DNA from: Podarcis cretensis
Taxonomy: Eukaryota
DNA: 64,000 bases
NCBI GenBank assembly: GCA_951804945.1
Contig: OX638154.1
Coordinates: 32,736,001 to 32,800,000 of the forward strand
Reading direction: 5' to 3'
The notes beneath the pieces are model-generated. The model was not told where the DNA came from. It was given only the letters and a program-made list of their open reading frames with translations, and did no database searches. A program made the position numbers and the translations under genes. Below, piece by piece: positions 53,067-64,000 of this stretch; within the stretch, counting starts at the first letter, position 1; the number at the start of each line of letters is the position of its first letter.

Positions 53067-54134
53067 CTGAAAAGCAGCAACACAAAATAGACTATATTTC
53101 ATCTTGAAATTAAGTCAAAGGTCAATTTCAAGTTTGGACTGCTCACTCAAAACATATACATATACAAAACATATACAACTATGTTCTTAGCAAACCATGC
53201 AATCGTTACATGCCCCAAATGTATTAAAAACATAAACCTTACTAATATCTTGCAATACAATCCTATACATATTCACTAAGAAGTATGAGCCACTGAGGTC
53301 AACGAGGTTTACTCCCATGTAAGCAGGCATAGGACTGCAGCCTTGTTTACTTAAGGTACAATCTACCAGGAAATACATAGGTGGAATGGAAGTAACTGCA
53401 CACACCTAGTTATGAACATTGGTTCTCTACTATCAGTGTCACATGATGAACTAAGTTTGAAACTTTGGAAACTTCACTAATAAGATATTGCCAACAACAG
53501 TTTTTGCACTGAATGTTGGTGATAAATTATATTGTAACAATGACGCATGTGGATCAAGAATATTCTTGGCAAATTCAACTATTCATTGTTTACTACTACA
53601 CCAAAACATATAAAATTCAATCATTATTTAACTTAAACTACTGAGTTAAGCAGTAAAGACATCAACTGAGAAGGATAGCAGCACAGGTGTTCGGTTGTAT
53701 GAAAATGTAAGAGTTTAGGTCATGCAAATATGCAGGAGTAGATTTCAGAATCCTGAAAAAGTTTTAAGCTTTGAAAACATTCAGCTTTAGTAAGTTCATA
53801 GCCCTTGTTATTATGAAGAAATGTTGAAAGTATGTAAGCAATATCTATTGGTGGCTCAAGTTATTTGGGTCCATCTGAATGCATCTCCCCTTTTATTAAA
53901 ATTTAAAAGTATGCTATTCCATATTTTCTCCAACCTGAGAATGATCCAAACAGCCTTCTGTATCCATGGTTCTCTAGCAAGAACCCTTGCTCAGCACTAA
54001 AAGACACCTTCCTCTCCACATGAAGGAGGCAGGGGAAGAGAAAGGCTACTCATGCTGTGCTGCTAAGCTCTTGATACAACAAGCTCCCTCTTCCCCAATT
54101 CTCTGGCAAGTGCAAAAAACTTGGAAGAAGAGAA

Positions 54135-54242
54135 TGGATGGCCATCTCTCCTAGATGCTTTAGCCGAGATTTCTGCGTTGCAGGGAGTTGGACTAGATGA
54201 CCCTTGGGGTCCTTCTAACTCTACAATTCTATAATTCTATGA
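54135..54242 (+). mobile_element. CR1-type LINE 3' end
   Basis: ttggactagatgaccctt...attctataattctatga terminal repeats. Confidence 0.65.
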
Positions 54243-54495
54243 GAAGGCTCTGTGATAATCCAAACCACCAGTCCACAATTCGTGGACCCTTGGATTCAAT
54301 AAAGAATGTGTGGCAAATGCTCCATTATAAATGTATATCAAAGCCATCAGGGTGTTCTGGAGAAATGGTTAACCTTCACTGTTACCGAGGAATTTAATTT
54401 TGACAAGACTAAGCTTTTCTAGATCAGATAAGTGACACAAACTATATCAAGCATTAAAATGAATAGTTACTTTTTAAAATATCCATTTCTCTTAC

Positions 54496-54553
54496 CTCTT
54501 CCCAACAAGTTAAATCCCTGTCTTGTAAACTAATGGTCCACATGTCATTGAGT
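54496..54553 (-). CDS. LZTR1: LZTR1 exon 7
   Basis: [19 protein letters not shown]; gcag/gtaaga; 58 nt. Confidence 0.95.
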
Positions 54554-55368
54554 CTGCATCAAGAGGAAAGATCAATTTTAAAATACTCTTTAAAAGCTGA
54601 TCACAACCAGACTGGAGTATATTTTACTCCTTTCACATATATAATAAGATTCCTTCCAATTTGGAGACTGAATAAAGACCAACCTAGACATTACAGATAC
54701 ATGCATGCAACAAACCTCTCTGACCTTTCCCCCTACAAAAAGCAGCTGTGGGGAGAGGGGAATATGAAATGGAGAGACAGTATGGGAATTAGCCACTTCC
54801 TTTGTGCTGCTCCCCACACTCCTGACGTCAGCAAGCCTTTTATTAGGGACTGAGCCTTAAGTGTGGCAAGCCCTGTCCTGTGGAACTCATACTCTCGCCT
54901 CATTTTATGAGTTACACTGCCTTTCTGTATGTTATGAAAATGTGGTTTCTAATGTTTAAATAAATAAAAGTGATTAGCAAGGCGTTTGGCACAAAGCATA
55001 TTATTTCTAGTTTGTTCTTGTCTGTACAAGAGGCTCTAAAGGATGGGAATTATCAATTACCAACAATGAAAATATTTTAAAACTACTTTAAACATGTTAT
55101 TTGATCTTCCTTCACATCGGTTTCAGTTGCTCAATAAGCTGCACACATGCCAGATCAGGTCTTATTAACTACAAGTTTCTAGATGTCATCATGGTCCGAC
55201 TCTAAACTTAAAATACTAATTAAGAAAACAGTAGGCTCTAGCACAGATGTCCTAAGAGAGAAGAGTTTTTGTTACAACTCAGAAAGAAACTCAGAAAGTT
55301 TCATATTTAACAATACTGAAGCTGGATTATTGTGTGTGAACCAGAAGAGACCAGAAAAATGCTACCTA

Positions 55369-55470
<102 letters not shown>

Positions 55471-56193
55471 CTATCAATCATTTTACATGACAACGTGAAC
55501 ACACATTTATAATAAAGGCAATATGTGGTATTCAACTAAGTTTTTCTCTGAACATACCCAATGAAATAAATGAACACATCTGAGTTAGATCCATTATTTT
55601 CAATTAGTCCACTGAGTAAACTTCCAATGAAAATCTCGCCACCCCCCAATATTTGCCTTGATGCCTAAAGAAGTGGTTAGTAGTATCTAAACTTTAAGAA
55701 CTGGATCTAGAGAAATGCTAGAAGAAGGGAAAAGGTAACATTCATGTCCCCCTACTCACAACATGGCAGTCCCCACATAAGGCTCTCAAGGGCAGTGCCA
55801 AAGTGCTGTCTGCCGGCATCGGGTGCAGGAGCGTGTGCTTGCCCCCCCCCCCCCCCGCCAGCAGGGATGGAGAGCACCAACACAGCCCTCACCGCTGCTA
55901 GATCAGAGCAGGGGCACAGAGGGTGAACAGCACTCTCTGCACTCACCCTATCAGCTGACGGGCGGGCATAGGGGCATTGCCCCCCTGGGGCCCCCACACT
56001 ATGCTACTGCTTGAGGGTCAGGAACCCTGCTGAATGGGTTAGGCTGTGGTGCATAGCACTGGGGGTGGGGTCCTAAAAACTTTTTTTTAAAGGACAATAA
56101 ATTGCAAGTATCTTTGCAGGCTTTACAATCATATTCACTATAGTATAATAACAATCTCCTTTTAAAAGGTTTACACTGATGCACAGGCTTTTA

Positions 56194-56421
<228 letters not shown>

Positions 56422-56471
56422 CTATCAGTAGAAAACACAGCCTAAAATTCAACTTTGATGCTTTTTTAAAG

Positions 56472-56499
<28 letters not shown>
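56472..56499. repeat. (CA)n microsatellite
   Basis: Read directly. Confidence 0.95.
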
Positions 56500-56504
<5 letters not shown>

Positions 56505-56815
56505 GATCTACTGCATCTATATGATTTCATAACCATCTATAATTTCCATTGCTCAATACAGCATTATTCATATATTTTAGTATCCTGAACGCTGTACATA
56601 AATTATCAAGAATTAAGCTGTTTGTTTGGATATCCATATTCATGCTACCTGTTTGAATTAAGTTGTGTGCCCTCTCTACAAAACTGGCAAACTGGGAATT
56701 ATCTACTATATGATGACACAAACACTTTTATGATTCCACTTGTCAGTTCTTGCACTATTATTTGCTGGACAGCACTTTCACAAATCCAGCAAGACCTCAA
56801 ACGTATATTTATTCA

Positions 56816-56995
<180 letters not shown>

Positions 56996-57462
56996 TTATT
57001 TGTAAGGATATTTAATTATTCATAGTTTGGTGTGGATTTTAAGTGCATTTTCTATTGCACTATTGACTCTAATCTGATTAAATAATTTGTTCATTTCACA
57101 CTGTTACAGATGCATGCAATTTGTGGTATTTTGAGAATTTTCTTAGAACATTTTAGAGTCTTTGAACTGCAGAAAACAGCAGCCACTAGATATATTTTGT
57201 TTTACTATAAGAAAGCATTATTGTAAATATAGATTTTTAGCAAACTTCCAAGTTTAGGATTGTATCCTAATTTTATAAACAAAGGGTTGAGGCCTTATTA
57301 CAAGTTTCAAAATTGCCCTTCTTTCCCCATCTATAACACTTCAACATAATTTGATTACAAACCCAAAGTAGATAGTTATCAAGTATACATTAGCCATTAA
57401 AAAAAATGCCGCATGCCAATAATATCTAATTTTGTCAGCCATTTAGAAGGTCTAAGAGGTTA

Positions 57463-57579
<117 letters not shown>

Positions 57580-60113
57580 TCAGAATAAGGAAAATAATAT
57601 ATACAGTTATCTTCAGATATAACATGAAATATACAGGCATAATGCCAACCTCCACATTATTTAGATTTTAGTCTCCAACCATTCCAAGCAGCAGACAGTA
57701 CAAAAGAGATGCTTTGTACCCAAAATAAATGAGAGCAAACACAGTAATTCACACTGGCCTGGTTCACTCACAACACAAAGCCTTGGTTAACCAGAGTATA
57801 GTTTGTTTGAATATTTGAACCAGCCTATGGGCCCACCAGGATTTGTTTTCTGGTAACAAGCCAAAATATTGAACCATTGTTTGTTGGTGGGTTACAAATC
57901 TTGGCTTTTTTAAACTATGGCCTATCATTATGTCTGAATACAACCATCTTGATGAACATTGGTTTGTTTGGCTACTCTGGCCCAGACTTTGCCAAGCTAC
58001 AGGGGCATAAGACAAGAGCAGACAAAACGCAAACCAAGATTTGGTGAAACAAGCCATAGTGTGTTTTCTCATCTGTGAAATGGTTTGCTGAACCATTGTT
58101 AACCCAAAAAATGGCTAAGCAATATATGTGAATGTTGCTATTTATAGCACTTGTTTATATTGCAATTAACTTTACCAGCTATTACACTGATTTGCTAAAA
58201 TATTACACATTTATTATTTGCTGAAACTGTCCTCGCTATGCCTATCATAATTTGGATTTAATTACTGTTAACTAATTTGCCACACATATAATGTGCATTT
58301 GTCTCTATTAGTAAATTGCTTTGAGAAATTATACAGATCTGCCATCCCTCAACATGGACTAAGTCAAGATTACAATTTTCTCCCACAATAATTCTACCAC
58401 TCGCTTTGAATCCCATAATCAAGATCCAATTTTATAATCAAAATGTTCTTAAACATAAATTTCGTCCAGCGTATCCACTTCTAATATCCTACCGAGTTTC
58501 AGCAGTTACAGGAGAGATATGACAACACCAGGACAGAGGGTTATTTTGTTTGCAAATGATTTTTCCTAGCTATCTTTGAAGCCTTTGCCTTCTCTTTATT
58601 ACAGTGGCAATAATGACAGCTTATCATACGAGACACTGAAGGAAAATTCATGATTTTAGTAATTTGCAGGCATCATCCCCAACCCTCGAGCATTTTATAG
58701 TTGAGGTGCCACCACCTTCCCAGCTTCCTGCATAGTAGACTTCTACTGTCCCCCACCAATGGTCTTACCACATCAGCAAGTCAATATGTAAGGCGATGCT
58801 CCAAATACTTAAATCCCAAGTTGTACAGGACTTGACAAGTCATCACAGTACTAATACTCTGAATGTGGCTCAGTAGCAAATTGGCAGTCAACGCAGGATC
58901 AGAGGAATATAATCCTGGTACCCATAATAACACTACCCATAATAACATTGTTATTATTCCCATATTGCCTGGATTTGCTCTGAAACAGAGATTTTAGATA
59001 CCAAACATAAGAAACCAAAAGATAATAAGTAGGCTTTTGGTTTTTTGCTTCCTTAGTGGAGTTTGTGTCAGAACTTCTTTATATTCAGCAGAAAGCAAAA
59101 CTAGAGGTTGATCTCTGTTAACTGTATTTGTGAAAACAGTTTCTAAAATCACACATAATTTGAGCTTTTGACAAGGACTATTTATTTATTTATTGAATTT
59201 ATATACCACCCTATAACTGGAGATCTCAGGGCGGTTCACAGAACAAAATCAAAATATAAAACCACAAAATATATAATCAAAATAAAAACAACAATCCAGT
59301 AACGCCCCCACCCAAGAACCTCTAGACACTTATAATATGATTTGGCGTTCTTATATGACACATACAGAGGAACCATCATTTTCAGGGCAACCCCTGTCAC
59401 AAGCCTAGCAAAGCTGGAAGGATGCTTGATGATCTGATAAAGTGGATAAAGTCTTTATTTGTTATTTTAACTCACATGCAACTGCTACATGCCTATTTTA
59501 TAGCTTTGTTTTTCGTATTTTAATTTTTGTCTGTTGTTATAACTGTTCTCTTAGTTTTATATACATTATAAAATGAAATAATAATGTAAATATATATATA
59601 TACTGTATATATTTTCCCCTACCCTCACCCCCAAATCACAACAGCAAGCAACAGAAAATTCAGCTCCTCTGGGCTGCTCTTTGTTTTTTCCTATTTCCTG
59701 TTTTAGATACCAAACATCAGAAACCAAAGTATTTTTATTTGCATGCGTAGCTTTTTATTTCCACGGCAAATCTCTCCGGCAAAAAAAACCCTTCCCCATC
59801 AATCACCGCACACTTTCCAGTTGGGTTTAGGGTTGCCACTCACTTTTTTTCTTCTCCCTAACGGGGCTCCTGCGAATATAAGCGTGTGACAAGCAACAAT
59901 TCCACAGGGGAGCCTTTCTGGTAGAGAGACAGTGATAGGGAAGGCTGGGGAGTTTGTGAAAACTTTTCCCCCCCCATCGCCCTGCTAAAAGGCACAGAGG
60001 GAAGGGAGAGAGAAAGCGACGGCGGCATCAGCCTCGCCTACGCGAAGGCGACCTGGGGATTATGAACTGCCGCCTGCAACGGGGTATCCGCGATTCCCGG
60101 CAGGAGGACTCAC

Positions 60114-60176
60114 CCATTATCCCCGCCGAAGACGTAGATGGCGTCTCGATAGGCAACCACGGTGTGTTTGCTGCGG
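60114..60176 (-). CDS. LZTR1: LZTR1 exon 2
   Basis: RSKHTVVAYRDAIYVFGGDNG; ctcag/gtgagt; 63 nt. Confidence 0.96.
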
Positions 60177-60312
60177 CTGAGAGGACGAAGAAGAAAAAAC
60201 GGCCTTATTGATCCCTCCAATAACTCGTCAGCCTCCGCCGCCGCCGCCCCCTCAGGGCTCCCCCTCAGCGACAACGCCCCCCCCCTCACACCGCCGCCCA
60301 GCAGCCTCCTCA

Positions 60313-60807
<495 letters not shown>

Positions 60808-61322
60808 TTAATAAAAATCTTAGGAACTGCCACACTGAAGGTCCTACCGCGCCAGACGTGCAGCACTTTCTTCCCAGCGCGCCAAACAAGACCTGGATGT
60901 TTGCTTCAGAAATGGTCATAAAGATAAATAAGAGCACTGTGGTGGAGAGTTAATGCAAGAAACGTAGCTCTTGGTTTAACTGTGGCATTCAGCCACAAAC
61001 ATTTAAAAGGGCGTTAGCCAAATTCATGGAGAACAGGGCTTTCCATGCCTACTAGTATCGGAGGCAGTTTAGGAATCGTAAGCTGGGAGAGAAGAGCGCA
61101 GCTGGCTGGCCCTTGTGAGCGCAGGATGCTGGACTACATGCGCCTTTATTTTAATTCGGGCTCTTCGAACGTTCTTAAGAAGCATTTAACCATCTTTAGC
61201 AAACAGAAAACTGCTCTGCTCTGTAAGCCCCGAGAAAGACAGCCTGCTTTCCACATTGGTGCTAAAACCCTTAAGAAGCAAATCCAGAAAAACCAGTCTT
61301 AACTTGAATTTTCTCACTAAGA

Positions 61323-61496
61323 TTCAGGTGCTGGTCTGACGCAGTCGAAATAAATTAAGAAATTGTCCAGTAGTACCTTAGAGACCAACTAAGTTTGTTC
61401 TGAGTATAAGCTTTGGTGTGCATGCACACTTTTGCATGCACACGAAAGCTTATACTTTCCAGGTGCTACTGGACGGTTTTTTAATTTATTTATTTA
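61323..61496. mobile_element. Palindromic Penelope-like-element-derived mini insertion, copy 2
   Basis: Near-identical to copy 1 over the left arm; 13-bp TSD TTTCTCACTAAGA (61310-61322, 61497-61509). Confidence 0.75.
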
Positions 61497-64000
61497 TTTC
61501 TCACTAAGACTCCGGATAGCATTTAACTAGTGTTTATCAAGCTTCCCTATGTCCAATAAGGCAAAAGAATCACATGAAACAGGTATCAAGTTCTTGTGAA
61601 TAGAGAGGAGATAAGATTAAGAGCCGTTGGAGGTTGTATGCCTCCTGCAGCCCTGTTTCGTTAGAATGCACAGAATCAGAGTTGTACCTAATCAAGTTGT
61701 ATTATTTGTGGAACTGTTATCAAGAGCATTAGCTAACACTAGGCAAAATCTTGATGATGCAGCACACTCAGGATTGGAATTTTGAGTCTTGGAAAGATCA
61801 AGATTGGCAAGCATTTTCCCTGCATTAGAATAGTAGAACAATAGTTCGTCGCAGACTGGTTTTTAAAAGGGCAGGCAGATGCCCTGGAAAAAGCTTGCAA
61901 ACCAGGCATGATAGCTAGAAATGCAGTGCTTGCCAAATATTGTGGGTGTATGACAACAAACACATGTAATTTTTAGGCACCAGTGCCACACCTTCTAATA
62001 TCAGGTAGCTAGTAGCCGGTAAACCAGGGCTGAGGAACTAATGGCTTTCCAGCAGCGGATCACTGGCCATTGTGGTTGAGGTTGATGGGAGATACATCTG
62101 GAGGGCAAGATACCGCATCCTTGTATTTAACAATTTTATGGCAATTAAATTCTCTATTGGATAAATACATCCTTCCAGTTATCTTTTCCTGAGAGCCCTT
62201 ATGTAGACTGGATTGTATTATGCTTCTCACTGCCAGGGCTAAAGAACATCAGGAACTAAGGCTGCAGTCCTATGTACTTACCTGGGAGTAATACGCATTC
62301 AATGCAGGACTTCTAGAATTCCACTCTAAATTGCTTGTTATGATTCTTTACCTGCTAGATTGATAAGGCAACATGCACATGTACAGATGCTGGCCAGACA
62401 ACAGTGCAAAGTTAACCAAATGGTAAGCCTTGTTGTAAAACTAAATATAGAACATATCCAGGATTAGTCGTCAGAATGCAGGCAGGAGTTCCTGCATCAT
62501 TTAAGCAAATAGATGCATAGTAGCACAGGAAGGCTTTTGTGTGTAGAATAAAGCAGACACTGAACATTTATAGTGTTTATTAAATTTTATCTACATAGAA
62601 TCAAGACACAAACAATATTTATGGATAGCTTTAGCTCAGTTTCTAAAATTGCATTTGACCAGATCTAACCTCTGTTCAATTTATATGAAGCTCAGAGAGT
62701 TCCTCAGCAAGATAAATACATATAAAAAGGGGGAAGTTGCTTGCATTTTCTTTCATCAAGGAGTCTGGCATAGATGTATAGCAGGCATTCATTTTAAGGA
62801 GCAATAAAAACATGAGGTACTCAAAGTCCATCCTTTAGTGTGCAAAGATAGTTTAAGGTTACAGGATGATTTTTTAAGGGACAATGAATGTATGAGACAT
62901 AAGCTGTTTCTAGTATCCTAAATAATAGTTTAATATGCTATCCTGAGCTATTAACTCCTGAGTTTACATTTTAGCTTTATGTACTTCAAACACAGGATGT
63001 TGTGATTTTTACAGTTCTATGTAAAACACATTTTATAGACATACCTTAGAAAAGGAAACAGAAGGGAAACCATTCAAGTGGATGTTTCACACTTGGGGTA
63101 GAACCAAACATAGCACTAAATCTTGCACAATGGAACCTCTTCTTCCTCTCCCCACCCCATGTGTGCCCCCCTAAATGTACTCTAGAACATTTTTGGGGAG
63201 GAGATTCCTGTTGCACAAGCAAAAATCCTTGTGCTAGCAGGGCATGGTAGTTGAATCCCATCCGTAGTCTTTAAAGTTGGTTGTGTCACAAGATTGTTCT
63301 CAGCTAACTGGTCTTTTTTCAAGTTTCCTAACTTGCACAAAAAAGCCTTAAGGCATTTATTTTTTACAGTTCAATGGAATATTTTTGGCAAGACAATAAA
63401 AACAAAGATTATCTTTTAAAGAATTGCAAATGTCGTAGCTTTCGATACTGCCCTCTTCAAGAAGTTGGCGTCACTATTTGACATCATTTCCATAAAATAG
63501 TCTTTATTCAGCTTCAATTTAGAAATGGTTTATAAGCTATTAAAAAAAATTCTTTTTCTCAGCTATCTCCAGTCTTGCCGCCTAGATGGTTGTTACAGGA
63601 ATAAGTAGGAGGAATACCCCTCACTAAACATATATACATAGGTTTTTATTAGGAAGACATTTAAGATGGCTAACTTCACAAGAATGTCAGCTATCTATAT
63701 GATTTGTCTAGGCACAGTGGTCCTAAATTTATGGAGTGCTAGAAATTGCATGTTTTATGCCACCCTCTCATATACGACTATGAGAGAGATGACTGATAGG
63801 TCAGACCATTGCTTTCACTTCAGCTTCTTTGCCCTAGCCTAATATTTGCCTGAAGATACACATGTGGTTAACTGCTATTTTCGCAATTTTCTGGAAGTGG
63901 ATACATAGCAAACAGGTTATTTTTTTTAAATCTTCATGCAGTAAGCATTTTTTTAAAAAAATCATGTTGTGCAGTAATAGATTAAGTTGGTATGGACTGA

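Overview
Eukaryotic (vertebrate) genomic DNA, AT-rich with two CpG islands. Five Sauria-type SINEs point to a squamate reptile, probably a lizard. Two complete intron-containing genes lie head-to-tail on the minus strand, and I reconstructed both exon by exon from GT/AG boundaries with consistent phase. LZTR1 (Kelch-BTB CUL3 adaptor for RAS-family GTPases) has 20 coding exons, 60480->38471, 2352 nt, 783 aa. MMP24/MT5-MMP has 9 coding exons, 34556->3991, 1815 nt, 604 aa with the preferred exon-1 donor. The rest is intron/UTR with SINEs, L2/CR1/RTE LINE fragments, Tc1/mariner and hAT MITEs and microsatellites; most six-frame ORFs are spurious. Most notable: (1) two ~200-bp palindromic insertions, each with a 13-bp target-site duplication, whose consensus spells a minimal hammerhead ribozyme of the Penelope-like-element type; (2) a U12-type minor intron in LZTR1; (3) no room for an equivalent of human LZTR1 exon 10; (4) a SINE flanked by a ~187-bp duplication; (5) a 5'-inverted L2-like LINE; (6) the LZTR1-MMP24 adjacency, which is not the human arrangement. 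I found no evidence of a novel protein-coding system. Repeat family names are from recognition only and their boundaries are approximate unless TSDs/TIRs are given.
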